Of a stretch of 64,000 nt of DNA, positions 37,701 to 50,645 are shown one piece after another. Location of the stretch: the NCBI RefSeq assembly GCF_009914755.1, contig NC_060942.1; one strand, given 5' to 3'. Made by a program: the position numbers and the translations under genes. Position 1 is the stretch's first letter, and each line of letters opens with the position of its first letter. The notes below the pieces were generated by a model. The model was not told where the DNA came from, made no database searches, and saw only the letters and a program-made list of their open reading frames with translations. The stretch comes from the human T2T-CHM13v2.0 reference genome, Homo sapiens.

Positions 37701-40700
37701 GGATTTCGTTGGAAGCGGGAATTCATACAAGATGCAGACTGCAGCGTTCTGAGAAACATCTTTGTGATGTTTGTATTCAGGACACAGAGTTGAACATTCC
37801 CTATCATAGAGCAGGTTTGAATCACTCCTTTTGTAGTATCTGGAAGTGGACATTTGGAGCGCTTTCAGGCCTATGTTGGAAAAGGAAATATCTTCCCATA
37901 ACAACTAGACAGAAGCATTCCCAGAAACTTATTTGAGATGTGTGTACTCAACTAAGAGAATTGAACCACCGTTTTGAAGGAGCAGTTTGGAAACACTCTT
38001 TTTCTGGAATCTGCAAGTGGATATTTGGCTAGCTTTGGGGATTTCGCTGGAAGCGGGAATACATATAAAAAGCACACAGCAGCGTTCTGAGAAACTACTT
38101 TCTGATGTTTGCATTCAAGTCAAAAGTTGAACACTCCCTTTCATAGAGCAGTCTTGAAACACCCCTTTTGTAGTATCTGGAACTGGAAATTTGGAGCGCT
38201 TTCAGGGCTAAGGTGAAAAAGGAAATATCTTCCCATAAAAACTGGACAGAAGCATTCTCAGAAACTTGTTTATGCTGTATCTACTCAACTAACAAAGTTG
38301 AACCTTTCTTTTGATAGAGCAGTTTTGAAATGCTCTTTTTGTGGAATCTGCAAGTGGATATTTGGCTAGTTTTGAGGATTTCGTTGGAAGCGGGAATTCA
38401 TACAAATTGCAGACTGCAGCGTTCTGAGAAACATCTTTGTGATGTTTGTATTCAGGACACAGAGTTGAACATTCCCTATCATAGAGCAGGTTGGGATCAC
38501 TCCTTTTGTAGTATCTGGAAGTGGACATTTGGAGCGCTTTCAGGCCTATGTTGAAAAAGGAAAAATCTTCCCATAACAACTAGACAGAAGCATTCTCAGA
38601 AACTTGTTGGTGATGTGTTTCCTCTACTGACAGAGTTGAACCTTTCTTTTCATAGAGCAGTTCCGAAACACTCTTTTTGTAGAATCTGCAAGAGGATATT
38701 TGCATAGCTCTGAGGATTTCGTGGGAAACGGGATTGTCTTCAGGTAAAATCTAGACAGAAGCATTCTCAGAAACTTCTTCGGGATGTTTGCATTCAAGTC
38801 ACAGAGTAGAACATTCCCTTTGGTAGAGCAGGTTTGAAACACTCTTTTTGTCGTATCTGGAAGTGGACATTTGTTGCGCTTTCAGGCCTATGTTGGAAAG
38901 GGAAATATCTTCCCGTAACAACTAGGCAGAAGCATTCTCAGAAACTTATTTGAGATGTGTGTACTCAACTAAGAGAATTGAACCACCGTTTTGAAGGAGC
39001 AGTTTGGAAACACTCTTTTTCTGGAATCTGCAAGAGGATATTTGCCTAGCTTTGAGGATTTCGTTGGAAAAGGGATTGTCTTCAGATCAAATCTAGACAG
39101 AAGCATTCTCAGAAACTTCTTTGGGATGTTTGCATTCAAGTCACAGAGTAGAACATTCCTTTGGTAGAGCAGGTTTGAAACACTCTTTTTTTAGTATATG
39201 GAAGTGGACATTTGGAGCGCTTTCAGGCCTACGTTGGAAAAGGAAATATCTTCCCATAACAACTAGACGGAAGCATTCTCAGAAACTAGTTTCTGATGTG
39301 TGTCCTCAACTAACACAGTTGAACATTTCTTTAGACAGAACAGTTTTGAAACACTCTTTTTGTGGAATCTGCAAGTGGATATTTGGCTAGATTTGAGGAT
39401 TTCGTTGGAAACGGGATTACATATAAAAAGCAGACAGCAGCATTCTCAGAAACTTCTTTGTGATGATTGCATTCAAGTCACAGTATTGAACATTCCCTTT
39501 CACAGAGCAGGTTTGAAACACTCTTTTTGTAGTGTGTGTAAGTGGACATTTGGAGCGCTTTCCGGCCTAAGGTGAACAAGGAAATATCTTCCCATAAAAA
39601 CTAGACAGAAGCATTCTCAGAAACTTACTCGTGATGTGTGTCCTCAACTAAAGGAGTAGAACCTTTCTTTTCATAGAGAAGTTTTGAAACGCTTTTTGTG
39701 GAATCTGCAAGTGGATATTTGGCTAGTTTGGAGGATTTCGTTGGAAGCGGGAATTCATACAAGATGCAGACTGCAGCGTTCTGAGAAACATCTTTGTGAT
39801 GTTTGTATTCAGGACACAGAGTTGAACATTCCCTATCATAGAGCAGGTTTGAATCACTCCTTTTGTAGTATCTGGAAGTGGACATTTGGAGCGCTTTCAG
39901 GCCTATGTTGGAAAAGGAAATATCTTCCCATAACAACTAGACAGAAGCATTCCCAGAAACTTATTTGAGATGTGTGTACTCAACTAAGAGAATTGAACCA
40001 CCGTTTTGAAGGAGCAGTTTGGAAACACTCTTTTTCTGGAATCTGCAAGTGGATATTTGGCTAGCTTTGGGGATTTCGCTGGAAGCGGGAATACATATAA
40101 AAAGCACACAGCAGCGTTCTGAGAAACTACTTTCTGATGTTTGCATTCAAGTCAAAAGTTGAACACTCCCTTTCATAGAGCAGTCTTGAAACACCCCTTT
40201 TGTAGTATCTGGAACTGGAAATTTGGAGCGCTTTCAGGGCTAAGGTGAAAAAGGAAATATCTTCCCATAAAAACTGGACAGAAGCATTCTCAGAAACTTG
40301 TTTATGCTGTATCTACTCAACTAACAAAGTTGAACCTTTCTTTTGATAGAGCAGTTTTGAAATGCTCTTTTTGTGGAATCTGCAAGTGGATATTTGGCTA
40401 GTTTTGAGGATTTCGTTGGAAGCGGGAATTCATACAAATTGCAGACTGCAGCGTTCTGAGAAACATCTTTGTGATGTTTGTATTCAGGACACAGAGTTGA
40501 ACATTCCCTATCATAGAGCAGGTTGGGATCACTCCTTTTGTAGTATCTGGAAGTGGACATTTGGAGCGCTTTCAGGCCTATGTTGAAAAAGGAAAAATCT
40601 TCCCATAACAACTAGACAGAAGCATTCTCAGAAACTTGTTGGTGATGTGTTTCCTCTACTGACAGAGTTGAACCTTTCTTTTCATAGAGCAGTTTCGAAA

Positions 40701-43700
40701 CACTCTTTTTGTAGAATCTGCAAGAGGATATTTGCATAGCTCTGAGGATTTCGTGGGAAACGGGATTGTCTTCAGGTAAAATCTAGACAGAAGCATTCTC
40801 AGAAACTTCTTCGGGATGTTTGCATTCAAGTCACAGAGTAGAACATTCCCTTTGGTAGAGCAGGTTTGAAACACTCTTTTTGTCGTATCTGGAAGTGGAC
40901 ATTTGTTGCGCTTTCAGGCCTATGTTGGAAAGGGAAATATCTTCCCGTAACAACTAGGCAGAAGCATTCTCAGAAACTTATTTGAGATGTGTGTACTCAA
41001 CTAAGAGAATTGAACCACCGTTTTGAAGGAGCAGTTTGGAAACACTCTTTTTCTGGAATCTGCAAGAGGATATTTGCCTAGCTTTGAGGATTTCGTTGGA
41101 AAAGGGATTGTCTTCAGATCAAATCTAGACAGAAGCATTCTCAGAAACTTCTTTGGGATGTTTGCATTCAAGTCACAGAGTAGAACATTCCTTTGGTAGA
41201 GCAGGTTTGAAACACTCTTTTTTTAGTATATGGAAGTGGACATTTGGAGCGCTTTCAGGCCTACGTTGGAAAAGGAAATATCTTCCCATAACAACTAGAC
41301 AGAAGCATTCTCAGAAACTAGTTTCTGATGTGTGTCCTCAACTAACACAGTTGAACATTTCTTTAGACAGAACAGTTTTGAAACACTCTTTTTGTGGAAT
41401 CTGCAAGTGGATATTTGGCTAGATTTGAGGATTTCGTTGGAAACGGGATTACATATAAAAAGCAGACAGCAGCATTCTCAGAAACTTCTTTGTGATGATT
41501 GCATTCAAGTCACAGAATTGAACATTCCCTTTCACAGAGCAGGTTTGAAACACTCTTTTTGTAGTGTGTGTAAGTGGACATTTGGAGCGCTTTCCGGCCT
41601 AAGGTGAACAAGGAAATATCTTCCCATAAAAACTAGACAGAAGCATTCTCAGAAACTTACTCGTGATGTGTGTCCTCAACTAAAGGAGTAGAACCTTTCT
41701 TTTCATAGAGAAGTTTTGAAACGCTCTTTTTGTGGAATCTGCAAGTGGATATTTGGCTAGTTTTGAGGATTTCGTTGGAAGCGGGAATTCATACAAGATG
41801 CAGACTGCAGCGTTCTGAGAAACATCTTTGTGATGTTTGTATTCAGGACACAGAGTTGAACATTCCCTATCATAGAGCAGGTTTGAATCACTCCTTTTGT
41901 AGTATCTGGAAGTGGACATTTGGAGCGCTTTCAGGCCTATGTTGGAAAAGGAAATATCTTCCCATAACAACTAGACAGAAGCATTCCCAGAAACTTATTT
42001 GAGATGTGTGTACTCAACTAAGAGAATTGAACCACCGTTTTGAAGGAGCAGTTTGGAAACACTCTTTTTCTGGAATCTGCAAGTGGATATTTGGCTAGCT
42101 TTGGGGATTTCGCTGGAAGCGGGAATACATATAAAAAGCACACAGCAGCGTTCTGAGAAACTACTTTCTGATGTTTGCATTCAAGTCAAAAGTTGAACAC
42201 TCCCTTTCATAGAGCAGTCTTGAAACACCCCTTTTGTAGTATCTGGAACTGGAAATTTGGAGCGCTTTCAGGGCTAAGGTGAAAAAGGAAATATCTTCCC
42301 ATAAAAACTGGACAGAAGCATTCTCAGAAACTTGTTTATGCTGTATCTACTCAACTAACAAAGTTGAACCTTTCTTTTGATAGAGCAGTTTTGAAATGCT
42401 CTTTTTGTGGAATCTGCAAGTGGATATTTGGCTAGTTTTGAGGATTTCGTTGGAAGCGGGAATTCATACAAATTGCAGACTGCAGCGTTCTGAGAAACAT
42501 CTTTGTGATGTTTGTATTCAGGACACAGAGTTGAACATTCCCTATCATAGAGCAGGTTGGGATCACTCCTTTTGTAGTATCTGGAAGTGGACATTTGGAG
42601 CGCTTTCAGGCCTATGTTGAAAAAGGAAAAATCTTCCCATAACAACTAGACAGAAGCATTCTCAGAAACTTGTTGGTGATGTGTTTCCTCTACTGACAGA
42701 GTTGAACCTTTCTTTTCATAGAGCAGTTCCGAAACACTCTTTTTGTAGAATCTGCAAGAGGATATTTGCATAGCTCTGAGGATTTCGTGGGAAACGGGAT
42801 TGTCTTCAGGTAAAATCTAGACAGAAGCATTCTCAGAAACTTCTTCGGGATGTTTGCATTCAAGTCACAGAGTAGAACATTCCCTTTGGTAGAGCAGGTT
42901 TGAAACACTCTTTTTGTCGTATCTGGAAGTGGACATTTGTTGCGCTTTCAGGCCTATGTTGGAAAGGGAAATATCTTCCCGTAACAACTAGGCAGAAGCA
43001 TTCTCAGAAACTTATTTGAGATGTGTGTACTCAACTAAGAGAATTGAACCACCGTTTTGAAGGAGCAGTTTGGAAACACTCTTTTTCTGGAATCTGCAAG
43101 AGGATATTTGCCTAGCTTTGAGGATTTCGTTGGAAAAGGGATTGTCTTCAGATCAAATCTAGACAGAAGCATTCTCAGAAACTTCTTTGGGATGTTTGCA
43201 TTCAAGTCACAGAGTAGAACATTCCTTTGGTAGAGCAGGTTTGAAACACTCTTTTTTTAGTATATGGAAGTGGACATTTGGAGCGCTTTCAGGCCTACGT
43301 TGGAAAAGGAAATATCTTCCCATAACAACTAGACGGAAGCATTCTCAGAAACTAGTTTCTGATGTGTGTCCTCAACTAACACAGTTGAACATTTCTTTAG
43401 ACAGAACAGTTTTGAAACACTCTTTTTGTGGAATCTGCAAGTGGATATTTGGCTAGATTTGAGGATTTCGTTGGAAACGGGATTACATATAAAAAGCAGA
43501 CAGCAGCATTCTCAGAAACTTCTTTGTGATGATTGCATTCAAGTCACAGTATTGAACATTCCCTTTCACAGAGCAGGTTTGAAACACTCTTTTTGTAGTG
43601 TGTGTAAGTGGACATTTGGAGCGCTTTCCGGCCTAAGGTGAACAAGGAAATATCTTCCCATAAAAACTAGACAGAAGCATTCTCAGAAACTTACTCGTGA

Positions 43701-45218
43701 TGTGTGTCCTCAACTAAAGGAGTAGAACCTTTCTTTTCATAGAGAAGTTTTGAAACGCTTTTTGTGGAATCTGCAAGTGGATATTTGGCTAGTTTGGAGG
43801 ATTTCGTTGGAAGCGGGAATTCATACAAGATGCAGACTGCAGCGTTCTGAGAAACATCTTTGTGATGTTTGTATTCAGGACACAGAGTTGAACATTCCCT
43901 ATCATAGAGCAGGTTTGAATCACTCCTTTTGTAGTATCTGGAAGTGGACATTTGGAGCGCTTTCAGGCCTATGTTGGAAAAGGAAATATCTTCCCATAAC
44001 AACTAGACAGAAGCATTCCCAGAAACTTATTTGAGATGTGTGTACTCAACTAAGAGAATTGAACCACCGTTTTGAAGGAGCAGTTTGGAAACACTCTTTT
44101 TCTGGAATCTGCAAGTGGATATTTGGCTAGCTTTGGGGATTTCGCTGGAAGCGGGAATACATATAAAAAGCACACAGCAGCGTTCTGAGAAACTACTTTC
44201 TGATGTTTGCATTCAAGTCAAAAGTTGAACACTCCCTTTCATAGAGCAGTCTTGAAACACCCCTTTTGTAGTATCTGGAACTGGAAATTTGGAGCGCTTT
44301 CAGGGCTAAGGTGAAAAAGGAAATATCTTCCCATAAAAACTGGACAGAAGCATTCTCAGAAACTTGTTTATGCTGTATCTACTCAACTAACAAAGTTGAA
44401 CCTTTCTTTTGATAGAGCAGTTTTGAAATGCTCTTTTTGTGGAATCTGCAAGTGGATATTTGGCTAGTTTTGAGGATTTCGTTGGAAGCGGGAATTCATA
44501 CAAATTGCAGACTGCAGCGTTCTGAGAAACATCTTTGTGATGTTTGTATTCAGGACACAGATTTGAACATTCCCTATCATAGAGCAGGTTGGGATCACTC
44601 CTTTTGTAGTATCTGGAAGTGGACATTTGGAGCGCTTTCAGGCCTATGTTGAAAAAGGAAAAATCTTCCCATAACAACTAGACAGAAGCATTCTCAGAAA
44701 CTTGTTGGTGATGTGTTTCCTCTACTGACAGAGTTGAACCTTTCTTTTCATAGAGCAGTTCCGAAACACTCTTTTTGTAGAATCTGCAAGAGGATATTTG
44801 CATAGCTCTGAGGATTTCGTGGGAAACGGGATTGTCTTCAGGTAAAATCTAGACAGAAGCATTCTCAGAAACTTCTTCGGGATGTTTGCATTCAAGTCAC
44901 AGAGTAGAACATTCCCTTTGGTAGAGCAGGTTTGAAACACTCTTTTTGTCGTATCTGGAAGTGGACATTTGTTGCGCTTTCAGGCCTATGTTGGAAAGGG
45001 AAATATCTTCCCGTAACAACTAGGCAGAAGCATTCTCAGAAACTTATTTGAGATGTGTGTACTCAACTAAGAGAATTGAACCACCGTTTTGAACGAGCAG
45101 TTTGGAAACACTCTTTTTCTGGAATCTGCAAGAGGATATTTGCCTAGCTTTGAGGATTTCGTTGGAAAAGGGATTGTCTTCAGATCAAATCTAGACAGAA
45201 GCATTCTCAGAAACTTCT

Positions 45219-46577
45219 TTGGGATGTTTGCATTCAAGTCACAGAGTAGAACATTCCTTTGGTAGAGCAGGTTTGAAACACTCTTTTTTTAGTATATGGA
45301 AGTGGACATTTGGAGCGCTTTCAGGCCTACGTTGGAAAAGGAAATATCTTCCCATAACAACTAGACGGAAGCATTCTCAGAAACTAGTTTCTGATGTGTG
45401 TCCTCAACTAACACAGTTGAACATTTCTTTAGACAGAACAGTTTTGAAACACTCTTTTTGTGGAATCTGCAAGTGGATATTTGGCTAGATTTGAGGATTT
45501 CGTTGGAAACGGGATTACATATAAAAAGCAGACAGCAGCATTCTCAGAAACTTCTTTGTGATGATTGCATTCAAGTCACAGAATTGAACATTCCCTTTCA
45601 CAGAGCAGGTTTGAAACACTCTTTTTGTAGTGTGTGTAAGTGGACATTTGGAGCGCTTTCCGGCCTAAGGTGAACAAGGAAATATCTTCCCATAAAAACT
45701 AGACAGAAGCATTCTCAGAAACTTACTCGTGATGTGTGTCCTCAACTAAAGGAGTAGAACCTTTCTTTTCATAGAGAAGTTTTGAAACGCTCTTTTTGTG
45801 GAATCTGCAAGTGGATATTTGGCTAGTTTTGAGGATTTCGTTGGAAGCGGGAATTCATACAAGATGCAGACTGCAGCGTTCTGAGAAACATCTTTGTGAT
45901 GTTTGTATTCAGGACACAGAGTTGAACATTCCCTATCATAGAGCAGGTTGGGATCACTCCTTTTGTAGTATCTGGAAGTGGACATTTGGAGCGCTTTCAG
46001 GCCTATGTTGAAAAAGGAAAAATCTTCCCATAACAACTAGACAGAAGCATTCTCAGAAACTTGTTGGTGATGTGTTTCCTCTACTGACAGAGTTGAACCT
46101 TTCTTTTCATAGAGCAGTTCCGAAACACTCTTTTTGTAGAATCTGCAAGAGGATATTTGCATAGCTCTGAGGATTTCGTGGGAAACGGGATTGTCTTCAG
46201 GTAAAATCTAGACAGAAGCATTCTCAGAAACTTCTTCGGGATGTTTGCATTCAAGTCACAGAGTAGAACATTCCCTTTGGTAGAGCAGGTTTGAAACACT
46301 CTTTTTGTCGTATCTGGAAGTGGACATTTGTTGCGCTTTCAGGCCTATGTTGGAAAGGGAAATATCTTCCCGTAACAACTAGGCAGAAGCATTCTCAGAA
46401 ACTTATTTGAGATGTGTGTACTCAACTAAGAGAATTGAACCACCGTTTTGAACGAGCAGTTTGGAAACACTCTTTTTCTGGAATCTGCAAGAGGATATTT
46501 GCCTAGCTTTGAGGATTTCGTTGGAAAAGGGATTGTCTTCAGATCAAATCTAGACAGAAGCATTCTCAGAAACTTCT
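45219..46577 (+). repeat. Variant HOR: 8-mer (1359 bp), four monomers shorter than canonical, with a hybrid monomer
   Basis: Anchor interval 45219 to 46578 is 1359 = 2034 - 675. Sequence switches from block-A type (CATACAAGATG at 45856-45866) to block-B type (AGGTTGGGATC at 45945-45955). Confidence 0.97.
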
Positions 46578-49500
46578 TTGGGATGTTTGCATTCAAGTCA
46601 CAGAGTAGAACATTCCTTTGGTAGAGCAGGTTTGAAACACTCTTTTTTTAGTATATGGAAGTGGACATTTGGAGCGCTTTCAGGCCTACGTTGGAAAAGG
46701 AAATATCTTCCCATAACAACTAGACGGAAGCATTCTCAGAAACTAGTTTCTGATGTGTGTCCTCAACTAACACAGTTGAACATTTCTTTAGACAGAACAG
46801 TTTTGAAACACTCTTTTTGTGGAATCTGCAAGTGGATATTTGGCTAGATTTGAGGATTTCGTTGGAAACGGGATTACATATAAAAAGCAGACAGCAGCAT
46901 TCTCAGAAACTTCTTTGTGATGATTGCATTCAAGTCACAGAATTGAACATTCCCTTTCACAGAGCAGGTTTGAAACACTCTTTTTGTAGTGTGTGTAAGT
47001 GGACATTTGGAGCGCTTTCCGGCCTAAGGTGAACAAGGAAATATCTTCCCATAAAAACTAGACAGAAGCATTCTCAGAAACTTACTCGTGATGTGTGTCC
47101 TCAACTAAAGGAGTAGAACCTTTCTTTTCATAGAGAAGTTTTGAAACGCTCTTTTTGTGGAATCTGCAAGTGGATATTTGGCTAGTTTGGAGGATTTCGT
47201 TGGAAGCGGGAATTCATACAAGATGCAGACTGCAGCGTTCTGAGAAACATCTTTGTGATGTTTGTATTCAGGACACAGAGTTGAACATTCCCTATCATAG
47301 AGCAGGTTTGAATCACTCCTTTTGTAGTATCTGGAAGTGGACATTTGGAGCGCTTTCAGGCCTATGTTGGAAAAGGAAATATCTTCCCATAACAACTAGA
47401 CAGAAGCATTCCCAGAAACTTATTTGAGATGTGTGTACTCAACTAAGAGAATTGAACCACCGTTTTGAAGGAGCAGTTTGGAAACACTCTTTTTCTGGAA
47501 TCTGCAAGTGGATATTTGGCTAGCTTTGGGGATTTCGCTGGAAGCGGGAATACATATAAAAAGCACACAGCAGCGTTCTGAGAAACTGCTTTCTGATGTT
47601 TGCATTCAAGTCAAAAGTTGAACACTCCCTTTCATAGAGCAGTCTTGAAACACCCCTTTTGTAGTATCTGGAACTGGAAATTTGGAGCGCTTTCAGGGCT
47701 AAGGTGAAAAAGGAAATATCTTCCCATAAAAACTGGACAGAAGCATTCTCAGAAACTTGTTTATGCTGTATCTACTCAACTAACAAAGTTGAACCTTTCT
47801 TTTGATAGAGCAGTTTTGAAATGCTCTTTTTGTGGAATCTGCAAGTGGATATTTGGCTAGTTTTGAGGATTTCGTTGGAAGCGGGAATTCATACAAATTG
47901 CAGACTGCAGCGTTCTGAGAAACATCTTTGTGATGTTTGTATTCAGGACACAGAGTTGAACATTCCCTATCATAGAGCAGGTTGGGATCACTCCTTTTGT
48001 AGTATCTGGAAGTGGACATTTGGAGCGCTTTCAGGCCTATGTTGAAAAAGGAAAAATCTTCCCATAACAACTAGACAGAAGCATTCTCAGAAACTTGTTG
48101 GTGATGTGTTTCCTCTACTGACAGAGTTGAACCTTTCTTTTCATAGAGCAGTTTCGAAACACTCTTTTTGTAGAATCTGCAAGAGGATATTTGCATAGCT
48201 CTGAGGATTTCGTGGGAAACGGGATTGTCTTCAGGTAAAATCTAGACAGAAGCATTCTCAGAAACTTCTTCGGGATGTTTGCATTCAAGTCACAGAGTAG
48301 AACATTCCCTTTGGTAGAGCAGGTTTGAAACACTCTTTTTGTAGTATCTGGAAGTGGACATTTGTTGCGCTTTCAGGCCTATGTTGGAAAGGGAAATATC
48401 TTCCCGTAACAATTAGGCAGAAGCATTCTCAGAAACTTATTTGAGATGTGTGTACTCAACTAAGAGAATTGAACCACCGTTTTGAAGGAGCAGTTTGGAA
48501 ACACTCTTTTTCTGGAATCTGCAAGAGGATATTTGCCTAGCTTTGAGGATTTCGTTGGAAAAGGGATTGTCTTCAGATCAAATCTAGACAGAAGCATTCT
48601 CAGAAACTTCTTTGGGATGTTTGCATTCAAGTCACAGAGTAGAACATTCCTTTGGTAGAGCAGGTTTGAAACACTCTTTTTTTAGTATATGGAAGTGGAC
48701 ATTTGGAGCGCTTTCAGGCCTACGTTGGAAAAGGAAATATCTTCCCATAACAACTAGACGGAAGCATTCTCAGAAACTAGTTTCTGATGTGTGTCCTCAA
48801 CTAACACAGTTGAACATTTCTTTAGACAGAACAGTTTTGAAACACTCTTTTTGTGGAATCTGCAAGTGGATATTTGGCTAGATATGAGGATTTCGTTGGA
48901 AACGGGATTACATATAAAAAGCAGACAGCAGCATTCTCAGAAACTTCTTTGTGATGATTGCATTCAAGTCACAGAATTGAACATTCCCTTTCACAGAGCA
49001 GGTTTGAAACACTCTTTTTGTAGTGTGTGTAAGTGGACATTTGGAGCGCTTTCCGGCCTAAGGTGAACAAGGAAATATCTTCCCATAAAAACTAGACAGA
49101 AGCATTCTCAGAAACTTACTCGTGATGTGTGTCCTCAACTAAAGGAGTAGAACCTTTCTTTTCATAGAGAAGTTTTGAAACGCTCTTTTTGTGGAATCTG
49201 CAAGTGGATATTTGGCTAGTTTGGAGGATTTCGTTGGAAGCGGGAATTCATACAAGATGCAGACTGCAGCGTTCTGAGAAACATCTTTGTGATGTTTGTA
49301 TTCAGGACACAGAGTTGAACATTCCCTATCATAGAGCAGGTTTGAATCACTCCTTTTGTAGTATCTGGAAGTGGACATTTGGAGCGCTTTCAGGCCTATG
49401 TTGGAAAAGGAAATATCTTCCCATAACAACTAGACAGAAGCATTCCCAGAAACTTATTTGAGATGTGTGTACTCAACTATGAGAATTGAACCACCGTTTT

Positions 49501-50645
49501 GAAGGAGCAGTTTGGAAACACTCTTTTTCTGGAATCTGCAAGTGGATATTTGGCTAGCTTTGGGGATTTCGCTGGAAGCGGGAATACATATAAAAAGCAC
49601 ACAGCAGCGTTCTGAGAAACTGCTTTCTGATGTTTGCATTCAAATCAAAAGTTGAACACTTCCTTTCATAGAGCAGTCTTGAAACACCCCTTTTGTAGTA
49701 TCTGGAACTGGAAATTTGGAGCGCTTTCAGGGCTAAGGTGAAAAAGGAAATATCTTCCCATAAAAACTGGACAGAAGCATTCTCAGAAACTTGTTTATGC
49801 TGTATCTACTCAACTAACAAAGTTGAACCTTTCTTTTGATAGAGCAGTTTTGAAATGCTCTTTTTGTGGAATCTGCAAGTGGATATTTGGCTAGTTTTGA
49901 GGATTTCGTTGGAAGCGGGAATTCATACAAATTGCAGACTGCAGCGTTCTGAGAAACATCTTTGTGATGTTTGTATTCAGGACACAGAGTTGAACATTCC
50001 CTATCATAGAGCAGGTTGGGATCACTCCTTTTGTAGTATCTGGAAGTGGACATTTGGAGCGCTTTCAGGCCTATGTTGAAAAAGGAAAAATCTTCCCATA
50101 ACAACTAGACAGAAGCATTCTCAGAAACTTGTTGGTGATGTGTTTCCTCTACTGACAGAGTTGAACCTTTCTTTTCATAGAGCAGTTTCGAAACACTCTT
50201 TTTGTAGAATCTGCAAGAGGATATTTGCATAGCTCTGAGGATTTCGTGGGAAACGGGATTGTCTTCAGGTAAAATCTAGACAGAAGCATTCTCAGAAACT
50301 TCTTCGGGATGTTTGCATTCAAGTCACAGAGTAGAACATTCCCTTTGGTAGAGCAGGTTTGAAACACTCTTTTTGTAGTATCTGGAAGTGGACATTTGTT
50401 GCGCTTTCAGGCCTATGTTGGAAAGGGAAATATCTTCCCGTAACAACTAGGCAGAAGCATTCTCAGAAACTTATTTGAGATGTGTGTACTCAACTAAGAG
50501 AATTGAACCACCGTTTTGAAGGAGCAGTTTGGAAACACTCTTTTTCTGGAATCTGCAAGAGGATATTTGCCTAGCTTTGAGGATTTCGTTGGAAAAGGGA
50601 TTGTCTTCAGATCAAATCTAGACAGAAGCATTCTCAGAAACTTCT

